Shown here piece by piece: positions 28,713 through 42,880 of a stretch of DNA of 64,000 nt (the stretch's first letter is position 1; each line of letters opens with the position of its first letter). The translations under genes were made by a program, and so were the position numbers. The stretch covers positions 58,466,001 to 58,530,000 of the forward strand of contig OZ024748.1 in the NCBI GenBank assembly GCA_964016885.1. Direction: 5' to 3'. Source of the stretch: Eledone cirrhosa. Its lineage: Eukaryota. Under the pieces are notes generated by a model, which made no database searches, had not been told where the DNA came from, and saw only the letters and a list, made by a program, of their open reading frames with translations.

Positions 28713-29146
28713 AAAGTTTTATTTAAAATTGTTGGGTTACAACGAGTAAATATTTTATAACTGATATAAAGCACTCAACAAGTTTTGAAGTAGATATACG
28801 ATATTAAACAAATGGAAACTATATTTATAAAATCATATTTATTTCACTATACATATTTCAGGGATACCATATTAAAAATATGGCATGCCTTCTTCAGATA
28901 AAATACAATATATAAGCAGTTTAAAAAGCATTTAAGCATTTAAAAAGTTGGTTTGGTAGTCTACCAAACCAACTTTTTAAATGGAAGTTGATCAATATTT
29001 ATGGTACGTCAAATTTATTTATAAAACTGCTTATATATTGTATTTTATCTGAAGAAGGCATGCCATATTTTTAATATGGTATCCCTGAAATATGTATAGT
29101 GAAATAAATATGGTTTTATAAATATAGTTTCCATTTGTTTAATATC

Positions 29147-29150
<4 letters not shown>
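28710..29150. mobile_element. Family B PLE terminus as a large inverted repeat with two mirror-image HHRs
   Basis: Arms ~28795-28922 and ~29024-29150; inner hairpin tttaaaaagttggtttggtag/ctaccaaaccaactttttaaa. Confidence 0.82.
29041..29106 (+). ncRNA. Type I hammerhead ribozyme (mirror copy at 28840-28905, minus strand)
   Basis: tattttat-CTGAAGA-aggcatgccatatttttaatatggtatccct-GAAA-tatgta-TA-gtgaaata. Confidence 0.82.
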
Positions 29151-29179
<29 letters not shown>

Positions 29180-29249
29180 GAAGGACCCGGTGTATTTGGA
29201 TCTTACATCATTTTTTAGATTACGTTATTAGATTTACATACATACGTAC

Positions 29250-29330
<81 letters not shown>

Positions 29331-29994
29331 GCAGCTGTACAAAGACACTAAATATTGTATCGTGAAAGATCCGTTAATTAATTATGACAGCTCTTATCCA
29401 TTTATTTGTATTTAGTGACACCACCTCAACTATCACAACTCAGCGCCACCGACACCATCTCTATTACAGCTGCGCAAGCGTTACCCATACTACATATTCA
29501 TTAGAATTACTTGTCTACTCAAGTCAAAGATTTCAATGTTTTAAGAGCCTTGTTAGAGGCTCAAACACTCGAAGAATGCTACACACCATTGTAGAGTTTA
29601 TAGTCAATGATGTATACATCACCTCAAGCACTCTACTTTATGTCACGACAATGTATTCTTGTCGAACACAGAACAAACAGCATTCGGCAAGGAAACTAAA
29701 TTGTTGAGATATCTATTGTTGAAAGAGATCTTAGCAAATATTTTTCTTCCACAATACAGTATACACTGCATAGTGTACAGAATATGCGAATAGTCGATTA
29801 TCTGTAAACATATTAGGTTTTCTAAGAAATTTTAACAAAGCATTTCGTGCAGGCTGGAATCATATATACTTATATAATCATTCACACGATTCTTAATACA
29901 GGCAAACACACGTGATCATGCATCCTCTCACACACTTGAATAAATAGTTACAGACACACATGTGTAACTTTCTCTGACTCTCTGTATATATATA

Positions 29995-30146
<152 letters not shown>

Positions 30147-30175
30147 TATATGAGAAATGAAATTTCGTTTCATTT

Positions 30176-30275
<100 letters not shown>

Positions 30276-31157
30276 ATATTTATATTTAGGTCTGTTTTTT
30301 TTTACTACGGAGCGCTTGCAGCATAACTCTGATTTTGCGGTTCATTTCGCTTTTTCTACCCGCCGAAATGCGATTCTCGCTGAATGTATGTATATATATA
30401 TATATATATATATGCAAAAGTTCTATCTAAAATGGTGGGATACAACAAGAAAATATTTTTATAACTGATATAAAGCACTCGATAAGTTTTTACAAGTAAT
30501 TAGATTTAACTTACATACTGCGTAAAGATAACCATCGCTCTAACAGGCTCACACTAATCAGGGTTTGTCATATATAATTTGCAATTAATGTTTATAGCGA
30601 TATGACAGTAACATCTTTATCCGCGTTACTGTGAAAATTCAACGTGTTTATGAAATACATAAAAATAAAATATATATTGTTCTTCGTATTAATATATTAC
30701 AAACCCATCCCACTGTGAAGTATATCTCACTGATTGTATTCGTCTCTTCAAATTCTCCTTATTACAAATAGAAATTGATGCGAGTAATCTACATAAACAA
30801 GAAAGATTTTCTCTGTTTACCATTGAGAAGCTATAGAATTTCCCCAAGTGATTTAATACCTGCCACTCTTTCAAAGAATTCGAAAATGGTAAAACTTATT
30901 GTCAACTCATTTATATGCACCACTTAGCATATGTGAAAACATACAAATGCAAATATTAAAGCAAAGGATTATGAGATTTATATGACAGATTTATAATTAC
31001 AACCCAAATAATATAAGTAGAAACTTTGTGATGTTGATCCGAGGTTTATAAATCAAATATTTGATAGGTGTCATTAGAAGCTACAATTATTGCAGTGTAT
31101 AAATAGCTTCTATATTTAGTATATATATCACGTTATATTACGATATATATATATATA

Positions 31158-31814
31158 TATTGTTATATTTGGGGAGGGTCATATTTGCGTAATATTGCCA
31201 GAATTAATAACAGAACACACTCACTGTTTGGTTGGTTTTCGCTTCTCGCTGTCTTTTATATATATATATCTGCGATCTAACTTACTCGGTCCTCAATGTT
31301 GCCATTGACTGACCGGCGGTCAAAAATAATACAGATACAATATAGACACAAACACATATATATAGTTTACATAATTTACATAAATCTTTCGTTGCACATC
31401 TGCAACATCGTCAGTGGTGTTATATTCATTGTTCCTCCTGTTGTGTTGTATGTCTACGCCATTTTTTTTTTTTTGTTGTTCAGTCTGTCTATATATTTAT
31501 TTATTTATTTGCTTGTTTGTTTATCTTATTTTATTTTGTAAATTATGTAAACTATATATATGTGTTTGTGTCTATATTGTATCTGTATTATTTTTGACCG
31601 CCGGTCAGTCAATGGCAACATTGAGGACCGAGTAAGTTAGATCGCAGATATATATATATAAAAGACAGCGAGAAGCGAAAACCAACCAAACAGTGAGTGT
31701 GTTCTGTTATTAATTCTGGCAATATTACGCAAATATGACCCTCCCCAAATATAACAATATCTGTTTCGACACACGATTTCATATAAAAAACCTCGCAAAA
31801 CTAATTCATCGCCG

Positions 31815-31815
<1 letters not shown>
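31158..31815. mobile_element. Family E PLE terminus, ~200-bp inverted arms, HHR at 31376-31419 (minus strand)
   Basis: Minus strand cacca-CTGACGA-tgttgcagatgtgcaac-GAAA-gatt-TA-tgtaa; arms nearly identical. Confidence 0.82.
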
Positions 31816-32455
<640 letters not shown>

Positions 32456-32542
32456 GGAAAAATTTGAACAGGGACAAAACAGAGAGGCAGTACAACGAAT
32501 GTTTATTAATTTCACGCTCTGGAGAGTGGGGTGTTGGTGGGG

Positions 32543-32578
32543 GACGACGTTTCGGGCATAAGCCCTTCCTCAGGTGAA
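32543..32578 (-). ncRNA. Minimal hammerhead-like motif
   Basis: ttcac-CTGAGGA-agggcttatgccc-GAAA-cg-TC-gt; stem I weak; ~90 nt upstream of (TA)n on the minus strand. Confidence 0.6.
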
Positions 32579-33451
32579 TATAAATAAGAGGAAAGCACGA
32601 ACGGGGTATAATTGTTTATCATGGGTTGTCTGCTGGAGATCATGGAGATTTCTACACATTAAAGACATTCATATATATATATACACACTTATATACACAC
32701 GCGCATGATATATATACTAGTTAGAACGATTATTATAAATTGTGGGCATTAGACGTATATAAATACGAAATAAATAAAAATTAATAATATATAACTTATA
32801 TAGAGATTTGAGAAACTCACTTATACGTTCTCGAGAATATATTGTAATGGATATGTTTAGAAAAACTGTTTCGTTTGGTTTAGAGAGTTATTGAATTATT
32901 CCCACTTCCTTTATCTGAGCTTAAAAAAATCCGGCATATATAAGAATCTATTTCCAGTAAATCTTACGTTTATTCAGTGCAGATGTTGGTGATGTAATTG
33001 TATTTTCATCCATAGTTAGACAAACTTTATTTGTAGGTAAACACTATGCATGCATACCTATAGGAATATAATCTCTGCTACTTTTTGTTTTAAATATAAA
33101 TCTTTAGCTTATAGTAAGTTATATTCAAGTCCGCTACATGAGTAGTACCAACGTCATATATGAACGCTGAAGAAGATGTTAATATTGTAATATATTATAG
33201 TAACAAAACTAATTCTATATATAACACGTGCATTGTAGATATTTATAAAATAAACATAATACTAATTCCTTCATCTTACTGGAATGTAGTGAATTAAATA
33301 TTAGTAAGATATTGTAGCTTATCAAATAAATTTAATACGCTTAATGTTTGCATCATATATATGAATTTGAATCCATTTGAATTAAAACTCTATTTTATTT
33401 AAACATCACTCACACACATACACACACACACTCACACGCATATATATATAC

Positions 33452-33483
<32 letters not shown>

Positions 33484-33581
33484 ATATATATATGTATATA
33501 TGTATATATATGTATGTATGTATATATACATAGCGTATATACTCGCGTATAGTTCGCACTTTTTGAACGATAAATAAGTAT

Positions 33582-33702
<121 letters not shown>

Positions 33703-33843
33703 AGATAGATAGATAGATATAGATATATATACATATATATATACATACGTACACATATATATGTGTATATATATATTTAATCAACATAATCAACAGATGA
33801 AGAATGTGAGTGTATACAACGTTCGTATAATACAACACGTCGC

Positions 33844-33901
<58 letters not shown>

Positions 33902-34412
33902 GTATATATAAACATACTTTTGTTAGCGACCCGTGTCTCTCAATTTTTGCTGCAGCCAATGAACCTCATTGACTGTATTTATTCTCCTTCATGAATATGG
34001 ATGTACATGATATAATCCTACCACATTCTAAAAGGAACAGCACATCTGACACTTAAGTGCACTGTGTTGCATTTTCAATCTCTGGATATGAAAATAAAAT
34101 GCGTATATGTGTTAGATTCTACACAAAATTGACGTTAAATTCATTTTCTGTGAGTAAGCAAGCTACATTAAGATTGTGCTATCAGCTCCTGTCGGTGGCG
34201 GTTGTAGGATTTTCATGAACGAAAATCTAATTCATATGAACATTCAATAACTTTATATTTACTTTAGTAATATCAGATATATCGTATCACTCGTTGCTAT
34301 GAATAATTCTTGTTCAGAATTTGTAGTCTCAATATTAATAGATATAGTGTACTTTTCAATTGCGACTAAACACAGAAAATATTAGTTCAAATCTAAAGCG
34401 GAAAATTATTAT

Positions 34413-34600
34413 GGTGGATTGGCAGTATCGGTAGAGGGTCGGACGCCATGCTTTGACGTATAGAGTTACGGCCCTTGCCATTCTGAGTTCAAATCCCGCC
34501 GAGGTTAACTTTGCCTTTCATCCTTACGGGGTCGATAAAATAAAGTACCAGTAATGCACTGGGTAATTGCTGGCCTTGTGCCAAAAGTAGAAACAATTAT
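34413..34600 (+). mobile_element. Full-length tRNA-derived SINE
   Basis: Matches consensus. Confidence 0.9.
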
Positions 34601-35282
34601 TTAAATAAATCCCGAATATACGATCGTGAGCCAAACAACCTAACCCCAAATCGATGTACCTTCTGTTACTACTAGGAGTCGTACCCCTAGACATTAACTG
34701 ACGTGTCGTCGGTAGATTTACAGAACAATTGTGAGTCCGAGGTCTTCAGTTCTTAGAAATTAGTTTTCTGTAGATATTGCTGAAACCGGATTCAAACCAG
34801 CTGTTGCCAGGTTTCATTTTAATGAAGTATACCGACATTTTAATTCGGTATTTGGATAATTTAGCCTACTCAACTTCATGGTTTTGGACAAGAATCGAGA
34901 AGTTAAGTAGATCATTACAGATTCCCTGTCATTTTGTGTAACATAGGAACATTTGCCATATAATTTAATATTGATACCTTAAAAATATATAGAGCGAGAT
35001 TTCTATCGGGTCATGAAATATCCATGAATATAAGACAACAGGAAGGAAATTGTGCGTAGGGAATGTTTTGTTTCAAAAGCTTAAGGAAGTTTTTTATACA
35101 TAAATTGTCACCCTTTTTTTTTAAATCTAAGTACTGCTTGAACAAATGTCATTCTTGCATGTAATGCATTTTGTATTATTGGCAATAACACATGTATATA
35201 TAAACGTTTTGGCAATTTGCATCGGTTTAGCTGAATCAACTTTCATCAGAATTACGTTTTTGAAATATATTCGAGCCCACTC

Positions 35283-35404
<122 letters not shown>

Positions 35405-35428
35405 TAAGTATAGAGGTTATAATACTGA

Positions 35429-35607
35429 ATTGGCAGTATCGGTAGAGGGTCGGACGCCATGCTTTGATGCATAGAGTTACGGGCCTTGCTATTCTGAGTT
35501 CAAATCCCGCCGAGGTTAACTTTGCCTTTCATCCTTACGGGGTCGATAAAATAAAGTACCAGTAATGTACTGGGTAATTGCTGGCCTTGTGCCAAAAAGT
35601 AGAAACA
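35429..35607 (+). mobile_element. tRNA-derived SINE
   Basis: Matches consensus; older degenerate copy at ~35815-35960. Confidence 0.9.
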
Positions 35608-36899
35608 CTTATTGTATTTCCACGCACAACAGTAGTTCTACAGTATTGGCTGTTACACGTGACTGTTATGGGATATGTTAGTAGTAGTGGGGATATCAGC
35701 TGGTGTTTGCCTTCCAAATAACTCCCATATTCATTGTGGCTACACTTGATAGAAATGGAGAGGGAATATTTTATCTGGTTACCTTTAGCTTAGTAACAGA
35801 AATAGCCTAGGCAGTTGATAAGTAGCGTAATTAAAGCGTCGGTAGAACGTATTGCGATATTATCCCTGCCTTTCTGCACACTGACTTCTAATGGCAATCC
35901 CACAAGGCTCAACTTTGCTGTTCATCCTTTTAGAAGGTTATGCTGGAAGTACCAACGCAGAGTACGTATAACCGCCTCAATCTGAAAACGTCACAACATG
36001 GATGTGCCGCTGGAGCAAGTGTGAAACAACAAAGAGGTTGTGTGTATGTCTGCTCACGACTAAATCCGTGGTGTGAAAAGCTCAGCACTTACGTTTATAA
36101 ATATGTTCCTCTTATTTTTGACGATTCCAAATTTGGTGCTCTTATTGGTACGAATAGAAGTTGTCTAGTCCTAAAATATGTTAAAAATTGACAAGATATT
36201 AACTGTGATGTAACGTTTAGATATATTATAGCGGGACCTACATCTAATGACGCCAATAGTGGTGGGTGTGATTGTTACAAGATTGATGACAAGGTGAGGG
36301 TGAGAGTTGTAGCAATGCCAATATTAGCTGAACCGTAGATGTACATTTACTTCAATATAATCCAAACCCAATCTCATTCATTTCGATATTGTTACTTCCA
36401 ATATTTTCCCCATCATTTAGAATATACAAAGAAAACATATCATATTTTTCTCTCGCTAAGTCAACAATACTCATATCTATGGAAATTGACGGCTAAAATT
36501 ATATCCTGGATTGATTTATGTAAACAGAAATTCTGATATTAAATCTAAAACGAATATCAATTTTAGAAAGGGAAAATTAAGCAGCAATAACGTAAGGAAT
36601 TCTCAGTGAAATATCTTCCGCCAAAATAACGTAAACAACGACATGATGAAGTACTTTTCCACACACACACATATGTATATATATGTGTGTGTGTGAGCGT
36701 GTGTGTGTGCATGTATGTGTATATATATATATGAATATATATGTATAAATATGTATATATATATATATATATGTTTGTATATATGTGTATATATATTTAT
36801 ATATATATATATGGTGCGTGTGTTTCTTATTGGCAACATGACCCTCCGAAAGCATAACAATATCGGTTTCAACACACGTTTTCAATATATATGTGTGTC

Positions 36900-37047
<148 letters not shown>

Positions 37048-37336
37048 GTAGGATGTGAGTTTTATTGTAGCACAATAAAGCAATGCAAATATCGGATAAG
37101 TAGCACTCTACAGTTTGTAAGACTGGTTTGTAAAACTGGAGTATAAATAATATAAGATCAAAAGATGGTTAAAAGAGTTCCAAGTATTTGATTATGCGCA
37201 TTTCAAAAATAAATATCATCATGAGATGATATCTGCGTTTTCATTAGATAAAATAGGGATACATGATATGAAGGTTAAAAAACATTCGTAAATAACTTCT
37301 CCAATCCAATTCCTCCTATAAATAACACTAGGTCAC

Positions 37337-37801
37337 GTGTTAATAACTCTCTTAATTTCTCTAATCGCAATTGTAATTGCCCTGTTAAAACTAAATGTCC
37401 TCTCAATAACCATTGTCTTGAAAAAAAACTCAGTCTATGAATGTAAGGTTATAACTGATACCAATTCATTTACCTATTTCGGTTACACTTCCACGTCCTT
37501 TAAAACGAGATTTTATAATCACAATTCGTCTTTTAGATACCAACTTAAAAGAACTATCACGGCACTCTCAGAACTCATATGGTCCTTGAAAGACAAACAT
37601 ATTAACTATAACATCTCTTGGAGGAAAGTTTGTTCTGCCTCTCCCTACTTGAATGCCTCCCTATCCAGATCCTGTAATATTTGCCTATCTGAGAAATTTA
37701 CCATTATATCTAATTTAGATTCTATAATAAATAGACGCACTGATTTATTTTCTCTCTGCTTGCATAAATTCCACAGAACATTCCATAAAGTATACAGCTA
37801 A
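37337..37801 (+). pseudogene. PLE GIY-YIG endonuclease (Naiad-like), frameshifted
   Basis: NCNCPVKTKCPLNNHCLE in the upstream frame, shift in the A-run ~37421, then VYECKV..YFGYTSTSFKTRFYNH..LSELIWSLK..CNICLSEK..INRRTDLFSLCLH. Confidence 0.85.
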
Positions 37802-38950
37802 TATCTAATACTTTACTAGTTTAAAATCCTTTTTCTCAAAGGCTTATATATATTTCTTTTAAATATACCCATCTTTCTACCTTATTTCAATATTATTTAT
37901 TATATATATTTTATAATACAAGTTACTTATTCTATATCATTCTTCTTTATCACTTTCCTTTCTTCCTCTATTCTTTTTTCTTTTTTCTTTTTAATTTCTA
38001 ACCTCCAATCTGTATCTTTTCTTCCTAACTACTTATTATTATTACTCACCACAACATATCCACACTTTCATCTTTCTTCATATCATTGGCCATAAAAATT
38101 ATTATTATCTTTTAAATACATTATAGTATTACCTTTAATAGTCCTTCGTAAACATAAACATTTTTTTACGTTAGATTTTTCTTCCTTAAGTTCCTTATCT
38201 CTTCCTTTCATGCTCGTTTGACTTTTACATATGACATATTACAATACATAAAAACCAAACTTACACCCTAACTAATTTCCTTTAATATATTATATTATTA
38301 CCATTAAAAAATATTTCGTAAACATATATATTTTGATGTTAGATATTTTCTTCCTTAAACATTCTTTTCTTCTTTGCTTTCTGCGCTCACTTTTAAACTA
38401 TTTACATATATTACGCACACATATTACATTACATAAAAACACACTTAAACACTAACTAATTCCTCTGAATTCATAACTCATCCACTCTTCTATTTCTTTT
38501 CACATTATATCCTTAATAACATTAATATTTTTATTTTAATAATATATATTATTAAACCCGCTCGTATTATTAAACCCTTCAATATACAAACCTTAATTTA
38601 ATATTATTCTTAACCCCCTTTTCTCTTCATCAACTTTTAATTTGAAATTCTTTTAAATTATCTATTATCTTCCAACGGCTTTTTAACTTCTCTCTGTGAG
38701 ACAATATATATTTTTGTCAGTTGTAAAGGCTATCTCTCCCTCTCTATCACCCATCTCTCCTCCTCTCTCATCCTTCCTTCTTATACTCCTCCCCCACCAT
38801 TTTTACTCTCATCTCCTCCTCTTCCTTACCTTTTCCACCCCACCCCTCACTTTTTCCCAATATAAAACATCAATCTTAAATTATTTTTCATATGTTGATT
38901 TAAAACTTCACTATTCACAAATGTTTTGTAACCTTCATATCATGTATCCC

Positions 38951-39021
38951 TATTTTATGTGATGAAAACGCAGATATCATCTCATGATGATATTTGTTTT
39001 TGAAATGCGCATAATAAAATA
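38951..39021 (+). ncRNA. Type I hammerhead ribozyme with one core mutation (mirror copy 37185-37255 carries a different mutation)
   Basis: tattttat-GTGATGA-aaacgcagatatcatc..gatgatatttgttttt-GAAA-tgcgca-TA-ataaaata; mirror core CTAATGA; consensus CTGATGA. Confidence 0.78.
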
Positions 39022-39100
39022 CTTGGAACTCTTTTAACCATCTTTTGATCTTATATTATATATATATATATACACACATAAATAAATATATATATATATA

Positions 39101-39895
39101 TTAAAGGAAATTCTACTCGAGAGAGAGTACCCACTATTACTAATAAATAATGGAATAGAAAGGGCTAAAGCAACAGGCATTGATGAATTACGGAAACAGA
39201 AACAAATTCAAGGTACGTCCAATATTCTATCATATATCTCAACACACAACCCAAGAAATGCGGAAGCTTACAACACTATTCACAATAACATCCCACTACT
39301 AAAACAAAACCCAAGAATGAAAAAAGCCCTTGAAACACACAAAATAATCAAAAGCAAAAGACAAACAAAATCAGTGAAAACATTACTCACCAATGCCAAA
39401 TTACCTACCACAAACCCACAACCAAGTATCAAAAAATGTGGTCGCTCCAATTGTGGAACCTGCACTCACCTCATTGAAGGCAACACGTATACATTTAAAT
39501 CAGGACAAAATTTTACTGTAAAAAATCACTTCACTTGCTCATCAAAAAATCTACTTTATACCATTAAATGTAAAGGATGCAATGAAGATTATATAGGACA
39601 AACTAAACTCGCACTCAGAAACAGAATGACAGTTCATCGCCAACAATTACGAGATCCAACCACGAGACAGATACCACTAAGTGCATATCTAGACATTTGC
39701 GCAAGTAATAAGACACCCAAATTCCAAGTCTTCCCATTTTACCTTTGCGCTAACAATACAACAGAACGAATGCGAATAAATAAGGAAAATATGTTTATTA
39801 AAAAATATAGACCAACATTAAATAAGGTTCAATATACATTATGTCAACACCATAATATGACATACACACACACACATAACAACGTCTACTTTTGA
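39101..39895 (+). pseudogene. PLE RT thumb, Cys linker and GIY-YIG endonuclease (Neptune-like), 5'-truncated open frame
   Basis: LKEILLEREYP..ISTHNP (in frame upstream of the 39317 ORF), KCGRSNCGTC, LLYTIKCKGCNEDYIGQTKLALRNRMTVH, KENMFIKKYRPTLN. Confidence 0.88.
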
Positions 39896-40311
39896 AAATA
39901 AAAACTCGAACTAAATAAACCTTAACATACGTTTGCACTGACAATACAACAGCAAACACGAATAAGGAAAATATGTTCATTCAAAAATATTCCTACTAAA
40001 GGAATCACTTTCCTACACACACACATACACACACACACAATATATATATATATATATATTCTCTTCATCTTAACATGCTAACCATACTCCCACACACATA
40101 ACACCCATACACACACATAACAACCCCCACACCTACAACTCCCTCCCCATTTCTACTAATAGAACCACTTTCCTACACACATATATATATACACACACAC
40201 AAAATATATATTCTCTCCATCTTAACATACTCGCACACACACACATAACACCCATATACACACACACACAACTCCCTCCCCCATCTCTACTAATAGAATC
40301 ATCTTCCAATA

Positions 40312-40358
<47 letters not shown>

Positions 40359-40857
40359 ACACACAAGCACACAAATAAACATACATATCTTCACTTCAAT
40401 AGAAAATCTGAACTCTGACACCCCAGCGAACTAACCATATTCACTGAACCAGAACAATTCTCCCAATCCCTTTTCTCTTGACCACTAACTTTCCATTGTC
40501 ATAACATTCACTATAAAGACTACAGAATAGTTTTCCAAATAAGGGCGCAAAAATGTAATGAAAACTTGTTCACGTGACAGCCAAATTTCATTTATAACCA
40601 ACCAAAAAAAAGCCTTCGTGAGCCTCCTTTTTTCAAATAAAAAGAAATTCAAACACTCATATATGAAAAAACAACCTGTGACAACCCCCCCCCTCTTATT
40701 TGAAGAACTATTGTAACGCGAACTGGCGCGAAATTTATTATAATTATTGACAAACCAATCAAATCACTTCTCTAAAAACCTTTTTTCCATATAAAACAAG
40801 TAACATTCAGAGACCAACCAGATGTGAGAAAAACCACAGACCCTCCATCTCAACTCA

Positions 40858-40895
40858 CCTTTTGAAAAGCAGAAGAACTGCGAAACCGGTAAAGG
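40858..40895 (+). ncRNA. Minimal type I hammerhead ribozyme with U3-A8 core
   Basis: cctt-TTGAAAA-gcagaagaactgc-GAAA-ccgg-TA-aagg. Confidence 0.78.
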
Positions 40896-40964
40896 AACCA
40901 AATAAATATATATATTTTTAAAAAAAATAAGACTCCAGTTGCATTTTCGATTTCATCTCTTTTT

Positions 40965-41029
<65 letters not shown>

Positions 41030-41081
41030 ACTATCCAGCGAATTTCCGACCGATAAGGTTGAATCTTTATTTATACTACAA

Positions 41082-41144
41082 ATATTATCTGATGAAAGCG
41101 CACCAAGGTTGGCTTGGTTGCCCTTGAAATATATATAATAATAT
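41082..41144 (+). ncRNA. Type I hammerhead ribozyme (family B, intact)
   Basis: atattat-CTGATGA-aagcgcaccaaggttggcttggttgccctt-GAAA-tatata-TA-ataatat. Confidence 0.85.
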
Positions 41145-41480
41145 AGATATGGTTTTATAAATATAGTTTCCATTTGTTTAAAATCATGAAATATTTACTC
41201 CAGTACACTGTTGAGTGCTCTAAATCAGTTATAAACTTTTATGTTTGTTGGAATTCCAACAAATTAGATACAACTTCTACATATATATATATACATATAT
41301 ATATATATACGTGTGTGTGTGTGTGGGGGGGGGGGGTGTATATATATATATTTATATGTTTTATTTATATGATTCCATTTCCTCAGTGAAATAACCCAAC
41401 CAGGAACTGGTCATATCAGAGTATTGACAAAGTTATACACCTCAACAACATTTGTACTCGTCTCTACTACAGTAATTCGG

Positions 41481-41535
41481 ACTGCCTGAAGAGGTCACAG
41501 CTAAAGATGGCTGTCACCGAAATATATATAGCAGT
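41481..41535 (+). ncRNA. Type I hammerhead ribozyme (family C)
   Basis: actgc-CTGAAGA-ggtcacagctaaagatggctgtcacc-GAAA-tatata-TA-gcagt. Confidence 0.85.
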
Positions 41536-41696
41536 AATAAAAGAAGCCAAATTTTAAACATTTGACTTATTTATTTTATTTTATTTTACATTACTCCGGA
41601 GTAACCAAACCCACCTGCGCACTCGTCGAGTGCTCCAATCTGCATACTGAGGTGTTGGTATACAACCAACATATACTCAAAATTTATATATATATA

Positions 41697-42316
41697 TATA
41701 AATTAATATGTATGTGATGAAACACAGATACCAACACATCTGTATATATATTTCCTCCTTCGAGCTGATTCCATTGTAAAAGAATTCATTACCTTATTAA
41801 TTTTAACTGCTCCTAGTTTGAGCTGCAAGCCGCCTCATATATACGACTGTTATTTCCAGCAGTACGGTTATGAGACTAGTTAGATACTGTAAAACCATGT
41901 GCGTCACGTAGTCTTTTAAATTATTTAGAAGTGAAGCATATAAATTTGTCTCTGGATGTTTACTGAGGAGAGCAGGACATGATATTCCTACACTTATTTA
42001 ACTCGAAACATATTTGGATCTTAAAGTTTAAACTTATCTACGGAACAGGTTTGATTTTGAAATTTAAATGTGTCTAAACATCACGGCCTCTTGGCAATAC
42101 AGTTCGTCTTCGTTGATTTATTATTTTAAATCGATATGGACAAACTGTAGTATAATAATTAGTATACTTCAATCTGGCTAAATTTTTCTTTTGCAATATA
42201 TATACAGATGTGTTGGTATCTGTGTTTCATCACATACATATTAATTTATACACTGCTCAGGGGGTATTTTCCTCCTTCGAGCTGATTCCATTGTAAAAGA
42301 ATTCATTACCTTATTA

Positions 42317-42320
<4 letters not shown>
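41697..42320 (+). mobile_element. Non-coding PLE-type unit with direct terminal repeat, 5' inversion and HHR (41958-42033)
   Basis: 41751-41800 repeated at ~42268-42318; 41697-41751 inverted at ~42197-42250; gttta-CTGAGGA-gag..ctc-GAAA-c..g-TT-taaac. Confidence 0.72.
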
Positions 42321-42359
<39 letters not shown>

Positions 42360-42427
42360 TATATAAAATATTAAAAAAATAATGAATAAAACAATGAGAC
42401 AGTTCCTTATATTAAACAAAAAAAGTT

Positions 42428-42578
42428 CATTATTTAACGATCGTTTCTAGGATATATATGTGTTAGAATTGGCATGCATATTCAACAGATCTATGTACAA
42501 AATTATACAAAATTATACAAACTATCAAAATTAAATATACATACCAAACACATATATATGCCGTCTTCAGAAATAATG
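42428..42578 (-). ncRNA. Type I hammerhead ribozyme with ~115-nt stem II
   Basis: cattattt-CTGAAGA-cggcatatatatgtgtt...aacacatatatatccta-GAAA-cgatcg-TT-aaataatg. Confidence 0.75.
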
Positions 42579-42731
42579 TATATATATATATGTATATATA
42601 AATAATATATATATATATATGTATATATATATATGTGTATATATATGTATATATATATATATATGTATATTTCTATGTATATATATATATATGTGTGTAT
42701 ATATATATGTATATATATGTATATATGTATG

Positions 42732-42766
<35 letters not shown>

Positions 42767-42846
42767 GTATATATGTATATATATATATGTGTGTATATAT
42801 GTATATATATAAGTATATATATATGTGCGTATATATGTATATATAT

Positions 42847-42880
<34 letters not shown>

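Larger units (their letters stand above)
37148..39059 (+). mobile_element. 5'-truncated Naiad-like PLE with inverted 5' terminal repeat
   Basis: 37148-37277 is the reverse complement of 38930-39059; encloses a GIY-YIG ORF and a long pyrimidine-rich 3' region. Confidence 0.88.
39101..40968 (+). mobile_element. 5'-truncated Neptune-like PLE inserted in (TA)n
   Basis: ORF, CA-rich 3' region, terminal HHR and (TA)n; terminal region repeated at 44520-44655 (minus). Confidence 0.82.

Noticed and set aside
37337-37801. Selenocysteine recoding reported for some Naiad elements
   Set aside because: No in-frame TGA at conserved Cys positions in the fragments present
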